63,811 nt of DNA, filler included, from Octopus bimaculoides (GCF_001194135.2; 9 parts of 9 records of this genome joined end to end with filler, not necessarily neighbours in it), one strand, 5' to 3'; shown: positions 22,861 through 35,425, counted from the whole stretch's first letter. The notes: a model not told the origin generated them from the letters alone. Numbers and translations are program-made.

Positions 22861-23614
22861 NNNNNNNNNNNNNNNNNNNNNNNNNNNNNNNNNNNNNNNN
22901 NNNNTTAATTAATTAANNNNNNNNNNNNNNNNNNNNNNNNNNNNNNNNNNNNNNNNNNNNAAAACATTCTAATTACTCGGTTATTGGATTCTAAAAATAT
23001 CGAGCTAAGAATATTTCATGAAAGAGTTATTTGACTATTTAGAATCCAAAGTAATCATGTGCCATTTCAATAATACTGGTGATTAATGAGCATCGATTTT
23101 TTTCAATTCTTCTCTCCCGTAAAATACAATATGTCAGAGGCAAATGAAGATGAAACCATTTGCATCTATCATTCAACAACAGTTATTTGGCTTTGGTTTA
23201 AATATCGGCTTTGTTTGACTAAGCACGAACCTTATATTTCCCTTTGAGCTGAATAAAATTGATGTTATAACATCCACAACTTCCCTAAAATTAATGTGAT
23301 GTAACNNNNNNNNNNNNNNNNNNNNNNNNNNNNNNNNNNNNNNNNNCACCCATTGTTTGTGTTTGCTTGTTTACATTTCTATATTGATTTCCTTTGGATT
23401 ATTTCAATAAAACCTCTTTATTTTAGAGAGCTATATTCTTTTAATCAAGTACGGTTAATCGCTGTCTCTCACTTTGAGTTTCATCATAGAGATAAATGTA
23501 AAATGTACTTTGAGTAAGTAAAAAATAAATACAACCAGACTTTCAAGTCGCTGTTCTGATTCAGTGGAGCCCAACACAAATTCCACTTACAATAGCATTT
23601 TTTAAATTTCCCAG

Positions 23615-23730
23615 CTGCTATGGTATTGATACCGCTGCCAACAATGACCCACGCAATCAACCACCTCCGCCAACCTGCTCGTGTTTACAGTATAACAGAC
23701 CAACTCTAATAAAGAATATCAGTTGCACGG
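23615..23730 (+). CDS. Animal heme peroxidase-family gene, internal exon (phase 2 to 1)
   Basis: Acceptor ttttaaatttcccAG, donor GG|gtaaga. The only fully open frame reads CYGIDTAANNDPRNQPPPPTCSCLQYNRPTLIKNISCT, matching the CFxIxxPxNDPR...CMxFxRS pattern. Confidence 0.7.
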
Positions 23731-24049
23731 GTAAGAAGCAAGAAATTTCTTTTTCTTTATTCATAACACCGTTTCAGATAGAGTAACAAAAAAGGTTCAA
23801 CATTGGTTTAAATTCATTATAGTATTTAAATTTGTCTATCTCGCTTCTGAGTTGAAATCCTACGTTTGCCATAGATAACATTACATTTAATTTTATAGGG
23901 ACCGATGAAATAAACTCGATAGATATGTGTACATTTCGCCAGTTACACCTCTGTCTATACGATTTTCAAGCTCAAAATGTTACGATTTTAATAAGAGTGG
24001 ACAGTCATTAAGACAGGTTTAGAGTACTTACAAAACATTGATTCGAAAA

Positions 24050-24470
24050 TACTCTCGATAATGCTTCGTATTACACGATCCGTCTGAAAATCATAGTCCC
24101 AGANNNNNNNNNNTCGATAATGCTTCGTATTACACGATCCGTCTGAAAATCATAGTCCCAGAGCATCGTTACTTTTTCATCCTCCTGCATAACTGAACTT
24201 GGTGCATGCTCATACCAGTTCTCTCTTNNNNNNNNNNATCCTCCTGCATAACTGAACTTGGTGCATGCTCATACCAGTTCTCTCTTACTTAATATTGGTA
24301 TTTACGGTATACGAGCCAATGAAGATACACACAAACTTTATCGTGGTGGTGCTTGAATTCTTTTTGTGCAAGTCTCTCACATCCACTTGCCAATTCGATA
24401 ATACTACCATACACGTCCTCTAGATTGGAAGACACAGTGAACAGTTAACTTTTCCCTGCGTGGGATCGTA
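24050..24470 (-). mobile_element. R4/Dong-clade LINE fragment in the peroxidase intron
   Basis: SGCERLAQKEFKHHHDKVCVYLHW...WYEHAPSSV...MLWDYDFQTDRVI. Confidence 0.85.
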
Positions 24471-24492
24471 CAAAAATTCAATTCTTCTAGCA

Positions 24493-24685
24493 TTGGTTTC
24501 AAATTTTGGCGCAAGGCCAGCAATTTTGTTGGAGAGTCTAAATCGATTACATCGACTCCCTCCGCTAGTGAGCAACTGCTACCTATTTTATGATCTCAAA
24601 TGTATGAAAAGTACAGCCGACTTCAGCGGAATTTGAACTCAGAACGTAAAGACTGACTAAATGCTACTAAGCATTTTCCCCCGTC
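24493..24685 (-). mobile_element. Family B SINE
   Basis: Matches the reverse complement of 30115-30330. Confidence 0.85.
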
Positions 24686-25205
24686 TCGATTGATAAATAA
24701 CTACAAATATTTGTTATACTTAACGTTTTAAGAGATAATTTGACAAAAATAAGATTGTGTTAATATCCAGCATGCTATCTTTAACACGAAAAATATCTAT
24801 TGCAGGAGAGGAACTTAGCGTGTCTCTGTTCGTGATAAGATCGACTAAGTAATGCTCTGTTTAAATGCAATAAAAATCGTTCAAAATTAAATGCAGTACA
24901 GAGATCCAGTGGTCGTTCTTCTGAAAATTGAGCTCGCACGGTTGTAAAGACATACCTGTATATATGTTGTTGTTTTTGTGTTGAAAGCAATACTTTTATT
25001 TTTCAAGCCANNNNNNNNNNNNNNNNNNNNNNNNNNNNNNNNNNNNNNNNNNNNNNNNNNNNNNNNNNNNNNNNNNNNNNNNNTCTATAACTATCAATCT
25101 GAAATCGTAGACAGTGTATTCTATTTTTAACTGGACATAATTTCTGAATTGTGATATTTATTATTGCTATTATTTTACTTTAAATTTTGTCTTACTTTTA
25201 AACAG

Positions 25206-25298
25206 GTGCAGCGACAGAGGGCAAAAATAAAGTTACTCATGTTATTGACGCATCTTTTATGTATTCCCCGGTTCACTACACAGGCACTTTCACAGACG
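25206..25298 (+). CDS. Animal heme peroxidase-family gene, next exon (phase 1 to 1)
   Basis: Acceptor ttttgtcttacttttaaacAG, donor ACG|gtaagg; phase-compatible with 23615-23730. (G)AATEGKNKVTHVIDASFMYSPVHYTGTFTD matches the REQxNxxTxxIDASxVYGS motif. Confidence 0.75.
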
Positions 25299-25650
25299 GT
25301 AAGGAGCAACACTTTTCATTGAGTACAAGGGTCATTCATCTATCTATTTATCTACGTGTCTATTGTCTGTAAGTGAATATAGATCTAACGGTTGTAACCG
25401 GCAATAAAACTATATAATTAACAAGTATTTCATAATTTTTCCATAAGCTTTCGAATATTTCTACACATCCATATTAAACAGAGATTGCATCACAAATCGA
25501 CTTTGCACTAGATACACCATACAAATATAATCTCTTAGAGAATGATCCTTNNNNNNNNNNNNNNNNNNNNNNNNNNNNNNNNNNNNNNNNNNNNTTAATT
25601 AATTAANNNNNNNNNNNNNNNNNNNNNNNNNNNNNNNNNNNNNNNNNNNN

Positions 25651-25703
<53 letters not shown>

Positions 25704-26129
25704 ATATGTATATTTGCCGATGTGGAAGAAACTCATCTAATCGTTTATTATTATTTTTTATTCCTTTGGAGAATTCAAATGAATTGGGGCATGTAGAATA
25801 ACGTGTCCTGCCTGCATAGACAGAATCGAATGACTGACACCAATGCGAGCTAATGAATATATCAGTTCACTTTGTCTGTCTGTCTGCCTATCTGTCTGTC
25901 TGTCTGACTACCCGTCTGTCTGTCTGACTTTCTCTCTGCTTGCCTTCCTGCCTGTCTGCCTGTCTGTCTGTCTGTCTGTCTATCTTTCTCACTTCAAATA
26001 CACATGCTACATATATACACATGTCCACAGCTTGAAATTTTGTACAAAGCATATCTATCTATCTGCCTCTCTCTTTCTCTCTCTATCCACCTATCTATCT
26101 GTCTGTCTCTCTGTCTTTCAGTCTGTCAG

Positions 26130-26170
<41 letters not shown>

Positions 26171-26270
26171 NNNNNNNNNNNNNNNNNNNNNNNNNNNNNN
26201 NNNNNNNNNNNNNNNNNNNNNNNNNNNNNNNNNNNNNNNNNNNNNNNNNNNNNNNNNNNNNNNNNNNNNN

Positions 26271-26299
<29 letters not shown>

Positions 26300-26310
<11 letters not shown>

Positions 26311-27012
26311 CAATAATATTCTTTATTGGCCACCAGGGCCGAACATAAAACATAGAGGACGATACACAGACGAAAGACAGTGTGGTTAAACGTGTAACCA
26401 GCCAACAAACAACGATGAACAAAGAGATTAAATCAACAATATATTTCCCCAATAGCGGGGAGTTCCACTGTAAGGTGACCAAAGAGACCTCACGCACTTT
26501 GGACCCCTTAACACCAACGGCTCCTCAGGAAGGTACCCTTTCTTCTTTCGTTCCGGCCTACAGGCGCACACGTTGAGTAGGCCCATTCACGCAGGCCATT
26601 CTTGTCTCATCCACCCACCTTTCAACGAACTTACCGACAGTACCTCCCTCTGGGTGACAGTACCTACCTCTGGGTGACAGTACCTCCCTCTGGGTGACAG
26701 TACCTCCTTCTGGGTGACAGTACCTCTCTCTGGGTGACAGTACATCCATCTCCAGCCTCACTTCCCTTTTCAGGTGGAACCTGAAAAAGTTAATGAAGCC
26801 TTGGCCAAAGAAGAAGGTACCCGTCTTCAAACATTTCAATCGCGTCCACCACACAACCACTTTTGTCATAGTCACCAGACAGTGAAAATTGCTCTCTCTT
26901 CCTGGACAAAGGAAGGAGGCGGGTCGATCTTGACAATGGACACGGACGATAGCCGGATCCATCCTACACGTGACAATAACTTCGACGAAGCTACACAAGT
27001 CGGCGATGCGGC
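26300..27012 (-). mobile_element. Tx1/L1-like LINE 3' fragment
   Basis: IADLCSFVE...FHCLVTMTKVVVWWTRLKCLKTGTF...INFFRFHLKREVRLE...KFVERWV...VNG...*. The 3' end tggccaataaagaa runs into (TAT)n. Confidence 0.8.
26636..26745. repeat. 20-bp minisatellite x5.5 (gacagtacctccctctgggt)
   Basis: Head-to-tail units with 0-2 mismatches, inside the Tx1-like coding region. Confidence 0.97.
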
Positions 27013-27728
27013 ACAGTATATTCACTGGGTAATTGCAAAGACCTAAATCTGCCTTATGATAAAAACTGGTGGGAACACAAACCACTTCCAGTGTTTGAGA
27101 ACGATCACATCTCACTCATATGGTACTTTACTGTTCAAACTGGCAGAAAGATAGATGCAAATAGGACAGATATTATATTGAAGGATTTCAGACAAAAATC
27201 ATGCCTCCTCATCGATATGACTGTCCTAATTGACATAAATTGATTTGCCTACCAAAAGCTGAGCAAATATCAAGATCTTGAAATAGAAATTGGCAAAATG
27301 TGGAACCTGAAGACTAAAACAATGTCTGTTGTCATAGATTATCAAGGAATGATAGCAAAAGAGGCTGATTGTTCCCCAAATCCCAAATGGAAGGAATTCC
27401 GAAAATAGCGCTCATGGGAACTGCTCATATCCTAACAAAAATATTCTCTATGTAATCCTAAAAAACATTTAAATTTGTAAGCAGTATCAAAATGCTTTCA
27501 AATGTACACAACAGCAAACACTTTTACTGTCATCTTATCATCAAATTACTTTTAAAAAAACTTCTAATTTTCCTATGTTTCCACAGACATTCTCTGGGGC
27601 AATACTTTGTGCCAAAACAAAACTATGGCACCTTGGTCATAATGTTAACTTTTAACTTGTTGCCTCTTGAGCTCTCTGGATGAGATTTGGAGTCAACTTG
27701 TACAAATACAAAGCAAAAGCCAAACATA
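27011..27728 (+). mobile_element. R4/Dong-clade LINE 3' fragment ending in (AAT)n
   Basis: AQYIHWVI...LPYDKNWWEHKP...ENDHISLIW.FTVQT.RKIDANRTDI...LIDM...LSKYQDLEIEI.KMW...MGTAHIL...SM*, then a 3' UTR and (AAT)n. Confidence 0.9.
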
Positions 27729-27736
27729 TAATAATG

Positions 27737-27803
<67 letters not shown>

Positions 27804-27849
27804 TGATGATGATGATGATAATGATGATGATGATGATGATGATGATAAT

Positions 27850-28560
27850 GATATGCCCTGATGCAGTGCCAGGCAGTGGCTTTCATGGCTTCGAATCTTA
27901 ACTGATTGGAAGTGTTATCATGTACATTGTTTTGTCTTGGTTTAAAAGATGGCCTACAACACATATTCTGCTCAATATCACAGATTTGCTTGTCAGTTGT
28001 TTGACCTTCACCAGTTGAAGCTGTTTATTATTTAAGCTTACGTCGATTCGGCTCTCATGGCTTCTGATCTTAATTGATTGAAAGTGTTATAACGTACATT
28101 GTTTTGTCTTGGTATAAAAAGATGGGTTACAGCAAATATTCTGCTCAATACCACAGATTTGCTTGTCAGTTGTTTGACATTGTCCATTTGAGCATGTCCC
28201 TTGGTGACTGACGATATGTGCATCTCTGATCACGAGCAGAAGTTGCGGGGAAGCATCACAGCCATGTGTTGAGAGGAATTCTTTGGGGTTTAGATAATTC
28301 ACTTTTGGAGACATATGTGTTTCGTTCAACATCCTTAAACAACCCTTATTCAGGGACCTCTTGAGCGGAATGGGCTACTCAACCTGAAGAAAATTGTAAC
28401 TGGCCCCACTTGCAAGGTCATGCGCTGTTTATCTTGATATGAGAAGGCTATGTTGCACACCTATGGTTGTGATGCATGTGCTTGGTGTACCCTTGGGCTT
28501 CGTATATTGGGCTTCGTATATTTTACCCCAGTGTCACTTTGATTGCACGCACTGCCCTCT
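27850..28560 (+). mobile_element. Unclassified repeat family E with an internal tandem duplication of about 165 bp, flanked by (AAT)n
   Basis: About 27875-28020 repeats at about 28045-28190; a separate fragment lies at 20555-20715. Confidence 0.7.
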
Positions 28561-28590
28561 CACTCAATGATAATAATAATAATGATGTTG

Positions 28591-28663
<73 letters not shown>

Positions 28664-28665
<2 letters not shown>

Positions 28666-28855
28666 CCCAGCTGACAACAAGGTATGCAATGAGGAAGAAA
28701 GAAAAGTCGAGAGATATGACAGGTTAGCTTGGGAAGTTAAGCAGTTGTGGTTGATGAAAAAGGTAGCAGTAGTACCAATAATTGTCGTAGTCCTGGGAAC
28801 CGTGAGCAAAAATCTCGAGAAGTACGTGGAGCAAATAGGGGCTGCAATAAACAGC
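28664..28855 (+). mobile_element. R4/Dong-clade nuclease-domain fragment between (AAT)n tracts
   Basis: CPADNKVCNEEERKVERYDRLAWEVKQLWLMKKVAVVPIIVVVLGTVSKNLEKY. Confidence 0.8.
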
Positions 28856-28902
28856 TGACACCGAAGTACATCTCCAGCGTTAGAAGCCGTGCAAAAGCAA
28901 TG

Positions 28903-28933
<31 letters not shown>

Positions 28934-28959
28934 TAATAACAATAATAATGATAATAATT

Positions 28960-29155
28960 CTTTCAAATCTTGGTACAAGGCCAGCAGTTATAGTAGGAAT
29001 GGGCTAATCGATTACATCATTTCATTTTATCGACCCTGAAATGATGAAAGGCAAAGTCGTCATCATTGTGATTTGAACTCCGAACGTAAAAAGCCGGAAA
29101 GAATATTGGTAAACATTTTGTGCGACACGTTAACGATTCTTCCAGCTCGCGACCT
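28960..29155 (-). mobile_element. Family B SINE
   Basis: tttatcgaccctgaaatgatgaaaggcaaagtcg...tttgaactc. Confidence 0.85.
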
Positions 29156-29238
29156 TAAAGAAATAATAATTTCTTTCATTTGTCAAAGGGGCGCCCAATG
29201 AGGCGGACATTACAAAGCCAGTTTACAATGTGTCTGTT

Positions 29239-29318
<80 letters not shown>

Positions 29319-29519
29319 AAACTGGTGAAGGGAGAAATGGGATGAAATGTATACGCAATATACAATTATGCATATACATTGAGGATGCTATCGTCTTTAT
29401 ACACAAGAGGCTCCAGCTAGGGCTAATCAAAGAGCCCCGCAAGACAAGGATCACACTGATCACTAAGGCCACAATCCCTCACCCAACTGTCCTACCGTAA
29501 AATACGCGCGTATGTTTAG

Positions 29520-29760
29520 CGTGGTTACATGAACCTAACCATTTGTGCCCCTGTCACATCTCTTTCGACAAATCGATAAGAAGAGAGCACTTCCTTCTCA
29601 CTTCCTTTCTAAGTTGGGCTTGAAAATGTCGACGAGTGCTTGGCGGAAGAGAAAGGCGTCTGTCCTGAATCCTTTCAGCCTCAGTCACCACATATACTCT
29701 TTCGCCATAGCCTCCGGACAGACGAACACTGCCTTGTTAAAGTCTGGTGGTGGGGATGAC
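29520..29760 (-). mobile_element. Tx1/L1-like LINE C-terminal fragment
   Basis: AMAKEYMW*LRLKGFRTDAFLFRQALVDIFK.NLERK aligns with the 26558-27012 translation. Confidence 0.7.
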
Positions 29761-30114
29761 AGTCGGATTCGTCCAGAATATAATAACAGCTGTTCCGTTG
29801 ATCGAATCAACTGGAAACCTCGTCATCGTAATCGACAGAGTGCCACGATACATAAATGGTAATATAACCATCTCCACCAATGTGAGGCTAACATCTCTTA
29901 GTATTTCACTAATACACTGGATAAAACCGGGGAACTTAAATGCCGACATTTCATTACTTTTTACATTAGCAACAGTTTCAGCTTAACGATAATACTTTGT
30001 TGGATGCAGAAAATCTTAATTCCATGCATGTTTGATATTTTCAGTCAGAAAAAGTTTTGAAAAAGTCTGGAAAGCTCGGACGTTTCACGAATGCGAGCAA
30101 TAGTTTTGTTCGCA

Positions 30115-30330
30115 AGGAGGTAAGCTGGTAGAAACGTTAGCACGACAGGCGAAATGCTTAGCGGTATTTCATCTGTCTTTATGTTCTGACTTCAAATTCC
30201 ACCGAGGTCGACTTTGCCTTTCATCCTTTCGGGGTCGATAAATTAAGTACCAGTTGCGTACTGAGTCGATCTAATCGACTGCCCCCCCCCCAACTCCAAA
30301 TTTCAGACTTTGTGCCAAGAGTAGAAAAGA
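30115..30330 (+). mobile_element. Family B SINE, full length (Meta-domain-like core)
   Basis: tRNA-like head agctggtagaa...ttcaaattcc and core gactttgcctttcatcctttcggggtcgataaattaagtaccag. The MetaSINE resemblance is from recall. Confidence 0.9.
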
Positions 30331-30467
30331 ATAGTTTTGTTCCCTTTGCACGAATCTCAGTCTTGCTTGGCAATACTTGCGCGACTATAGATCGTATTTC
30401 GATCTGGTACTGTTCCTCTATAAGTGCCGCAAAGCCAAGAATTTCTGGAAGTTAACCGTAATAGTCT

Positions 30468-30521
<54 letters not shown>

Positions 30522-30539
30522 ACACACACACACACATAT

Positions 30540-30672
30540 ATTTCTGTTTCCGTCTACCAAATGCTCACAAGGTTTTGATTGGCTTCAGGTTATAGTAAAC
30601 GGCACTTGCCCAAGGTGCTACGCAGTGGGATTGAACTCGGAGCCTTGTGGTTGGTAAGCAAGCTTCTTATAA
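30540..30672 (-). mobile_element. Family A SINE 5' half
   Basis: gtttccgtctaccaaat...cacttgcccaaggtgctacgcagtggga. Confidence 0.85.
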
Positions 30673-31239
30673 CATGCACACACACACGTGTGCGCATACA
30701 TACAGAGGGAGAGAGAGGGAGAGAGAAAGAGAGAGAGAGATAGAGAGGAAGAGAGAGACCGGACTTAATAATGTTTATAGGCCTACAGGTCAGTGATGAC
30801 AGTAAGAATAACAGCGGTTATAAGAATACCACTATCTCAGCTGTCAGCGCCAACATCAACAGCATCTCAAATCCCCTCAATGACCACGACGACGACGACG
30901 ATGACCACCACCACCACCACAAACAACAACAACAACATGAACAACAACGAAAATGAGCTCAAGCTCTTACATGGTCATTCAGCAGGCTAGACATAGCAGT
31001 CAAATCATCATCGAAAAATGCTCCTTTTACCAGAAGGATTAATATGAAGCCAGGTTAAACTCGCACATAAAAGCGGGTGGATGGGGGTGGTGAGGAATGG
31101 GAAGATGGGCGGAATGGGGGTAGAACAGGGTTTACGGTTAGAAAGGAATAGGTGTGGTGGGGCTGGTGGCGTTGGTGGCTAAGTGGAAGGTTGAGGAATA
31201 ATAAACAACAATTCCAACGATGCTGATACTGTTGTTGCT

Positions 31240-31545
31240 GTTGTTGTTGCTGCTGCTGATGATGATGATGGTGGTGGTAGTGGTGGTGGTGGTGGTGTTA
31301 GTAATGATGAAGATGGTTATGTTGTGATGACACTGGTGATGAGAGTGGTGATGACGTTGGTAGCGGTGTTGATGACGATGACGACGATGGTGGTGGTGGT
31401 CACGACGAAGGAGAGGAAGGTGGTGGTGATGGATATGGGGTAGTAGTGATGGTTATGACTATGATGATGATGGTGACGATGATGATGATGATGATGAAGC
31501 GACTGATGATGACGATGACAACTATAATACAACGTCGATGATGAT
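31240..31545. repeat. Compound (GTT/GCT/GAT/GGT)n trinucleotide tract
   Basis: Seen directly; its mirror type (CAC/GAC/AAC) lies at 30880-30950. Confidence 0.9.
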
Positions 31546-31744
31546 AGTTAAACATAACTTTCAACCGCTCCTCCCTCCCACACCGCTCCCACTGTCCCTC
31601 CAATGGTGTCACCTCATTTCCTGTTGTTTATTTTCTGCCAAAATATCGTAAATAACTGTTTGACACAGAATTAGAATGAGGAACTAGATACAGAGAATGG
31701 GATGGAGAGATGACACAATTTTCTCTCCTCCACTCACATTGCTG

Positions 31745-31804
<60 letters not shown>

Positions 31805-31945
31805 AGCAATTTAGTCGATAGCATCGCCTTAGCGGTATTTGAACCCAAAATCAAAGAGCTGAACAAATGTCATAAATTTTGCCAACGCTCTAGCCTGCTC
31901 GCCAATGTATGTATGTATGTATGTATGTATGTATGTATGTATGTA

Positions 31946-32033
<88 letters not shown>

Positions 32034-32216
32034 AGAAAGTATGTACACACACACACATATATCTACATATGTATATATACTCATATCTGTTTAGTATAAA
32101 GCAACAATGTTCCTTGAAAATAATGATCAAACATTGTCGATCTGTTTTGTTGTTGAGAGAACATGTTCGAAAAAGAAGCAGTTCCTTATTTGTACACACG
32201 CACGCACACACACACG

Positions 32217-32305
<89 letters not shown>

Positions 32306-33674
32306 GCCCACGCACACACACACATGCACCCACACATACACACACGTCTCTACAGTTATAGATAAGAAAAGAGAAGCGGTAAATATGTAAGATCATCTAC
32401 AGTAAATGTATGTCTTATCTGCCGTAATCTGTGCCACTATGCTGGTCACTACACTGTTGCAACTTCATGCATTCCAAGACTGGTCGGAAGGAAAGAAATT
32501 ATTCCCAAGCCTGACTCCTAGGATCGAAGTTTGTGTCTAGGATCCACATAGAGTTGTTCAGCCGGGAGACTATATTCAAAATTCCTTGTGCATGATGGAA
32601 TCGAACTCGAAACCAGAGAGTTGTGGTGTGAGCATCTTAGCCACACAGTCATGCACGAATGGTTATATGTCTACTGTATTTTCCGGCATACAAGCCAATT
32701 TTCCACACTAAAATTAACAGCTAAGAAACAGGGCCGTATTAAGACCCATCGAGACCCTGAGATCTTAAAAGATTTTGATGCCCCCATAAAAGATTATATA
32801 ATTCAAAATATAAACAATAACAAACGATAAAATAAATTTTTATTTTTCAAAACGAAACAAAACAGTAAGAGGGAAAATGGTGTTTATTTTTGTACACTTC
32901 CACTTAATTTATATTTGAAAAGTTTCCTCTTACTTTTTTGAATTACAAAGTCTTAGATGAGATCCTCAAAATTCATCTTCGGTAACACATCTGCATCTAC
33001 ACTTAGCAGAGATAAAGGCATCCCGAATATTATTTTAGCAAGTTTAAAGGGATTTCTTTTGTGCCGTTAACCGTTTACTATTTCTGTGGTGCCCCCTCCT
33101 TCTCTTGATGCTCTAAGCACGTGCACGTCTTGCTTAATGGTTAGTCCAGCGCTGCCAAGAAAGGTAGGTGGACTTATACACCAAAAAGTCTTTTGAAGTC
33201 CGAAACTTCCGTGTGAAATGCAACGGATTTGAAAAGACGGTGACAGCATTCCATATTTAAGCTATATACCATGTCGGTATTTATGAAAGAGTATTTATGC
33301 CTTTTCCACTCCTCCTCCTCCCACATAAACCCGAAAAGGTACGGATGGGAGATCGAGGAGGAGGATAAGGCCAAGAAGAGAGAGAGTTCCAGATATTTTG
33401 GAAATGAAAATTTTAAAATATTATATCTCCGTATGACCAACATGTGTGGTGTATGAGCAAAATAATTATGGTTGGTTCCACATAAGTATAAGCCAGCACA
33501 CGTATATATATAGATACCCTCAAAGCACCCATCCATAGACATTGGCATGGTTGTGTAGTGCAGAAGCTTGCCTTGCAATTTACAATGGTTTCAGATTCAA
33601 TCACATTGTACGACATATTGGGCGAGTGGCCTTCTACTATGCCCACGGAGAGATCAATGTCTTATAAATATATA

Positions 33675-34660
33675 GATGCAGACGTGGCTGTATGAGAAAA
33701 GGTTTGGTTTCTGGCCACACGCTTCCGGGTTCAGTCCCACTGTGGCGTCTTGGATAAATATCTTTTACTATAGCCGCGCGCCGACCAAAGAGACTTATGA
33801 GTGGATTTGTTAGACAGAAGCCCGTCATATATATATATATATATATATANNNNNNNNNNNNNNNNNNNNNNNNNNNNNNNNNNNNNNNNNNNNNNNNNNN
33901 NNNNNNNNNNNNNNNNNNNNNNNNNNNNNNNNNNNNNNNNNNNNNNNNNNNNNNNNNNNNNNNNNNNNNNNNNNNNNNNNNNNNNNNNNNNNNNNNNNNN
34001 NNNNNNNNNNNNNNNNNNNNNNNNNNNNNNNNNNNNNNNNNNNNNNNNNNNNNNNNNNNNNNNNNNNNNNNNNNNNNNNNNNNNNNNNNNNNNNNNNNNN
34101 NNNNNNNNNNNNNNNNNNNNNNNNNNNNNNNNNNNNNNNNNNNNNNNNNNNNNNNNNNNNNNNNNNNNNNNNNNNNNNNNNNNNNNNNNNNNNNNNNNNN
34201 NNNNNNNNNNNNNNNNNNNNNNNNNNNNNNNNNNNNNNNNNNNNNNNNNNNNNNNNNNNNNNNNNNNNNNNNNNNNNNNNNNNNNNNNNNNNNNNNNNNN
34301 NNNNNNNNNNNNNNNNNNNNNNNNNNNNNNNNNNNNNNNNNNNNNNNNNNNNNNNNNNNNNNNNNNNNNNNNNNNNNNNNNNNNNNNNNNNNNNNNNNNN
34401 NNNNNNNNNNNNNNNNNNNNNNNNNNNNNNNNNNNNNNNNNNNNNNNNNNNNNNNNNNNNNNNNNNNNNNNNNNNNNNNNNNNNNNNNNNNNNNNNNNNN
34501 NNNNNNNNNNNNNNNNNNNNNNNCCGTAACTTAACGGTTCGACAAAAGTGCCCGATAGAATAAGTACCAGGCTTAAAATAATAAGCACTGGGGTCGATTC
34601 CTTCGACTAAAAATTCTTCAAAGCAGTGTCCCAGCATGGCCGCAGTTTAGTGAGTGAAAT
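33675..34660 (+). mobile_element. Family A SINE split by an N gap at its internal microsatellite
   Basis: 5' half at 33675-33830 and 3' half at 34524-34660, in the same orientation. Confidence 0.85.
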
Positions 34661-34671
34661 AGATATAAGAA

Positions 34672-34712
<41 letters not shown>

Positions 34713-35425
34713 TAAAAATGTCAGGATGTATGGTGGTGAATATATTATTTAATCACTTGTCATTGTGGTTACGGCCGTTTCGTAGCCTTAACCATGTAAT
34801 AATAATTTCAGTGTACAATTCATTATTCTATATATCTGTACAATTAAGACCAACTGCTGTTTAAATTAATTTTATGTATAAACATTAGCGAATCGCTAAA
34901 TCATCCATTAATTTGGATGACGGAAACATATATACTAATAGAGAAGTAAGTCCGAAAAGAACCGAAGTTTGAGCTAGTCTTAACTGATGCGGCAACGAAA
35001 TTGCTGAAAGTGACGTCAGTATTAAAAATTTCCGATCTGCATTTGCTTGCGTTGACAATAGCATCAGAACATTTTAGCTCTTATTTCTAGCAATGTGGGT
35101 TTTTCCAACAACCTAGTCAGATTTAGTTACAATTATATATNNNNNNNNNNNNNNNNNNNNNNNNNNNNNNNNNNNNNNNNNNNNNNNNNNNNNNNNNNNN
35201 NNNNNNNNNNNNNNNNNNNNNNNNNNNNNNNNNNNNNNNNNNNNNNNNNNNNNNNNNNNNNNNNNNNNNNNNNNNNNNNNNNNNNNNNNNNNNNNNNNNN
35301 NNNNNNNNNNNNNNNNNNNNNNNNNNNNNNNNNNNNNNNNNNNNNNNNNNNNNNNNNNNNNNNNNNNNNNNNNNNNNNNNNNNNNNNNNNNNNNNNNNNN
35401 NNNNNNNNNNNNNNNNNNNNNNNNN

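Noticed and set aside
25239-25298. Signal-peptide-like alternative frame MLLTHLLCIPRFTTQALSQT
   Set aside because: The other frame matches the peroxidase IDAS motif and is phase-compatible with the upstream exon.
26636-26745. CRISPR-like array (also the 17-bp and 22-bp arrays)
   Set aside because: Head-to-tail units without unique spacers, in eukaryotic context, with no cas genes.
29605-29670. EGF-like NVDECLAEEKGVC peptide on the plus strand
   Set aside because: It is the antisense reading of the Tx1-like fragment and lacks the remaining EGF cysteines.
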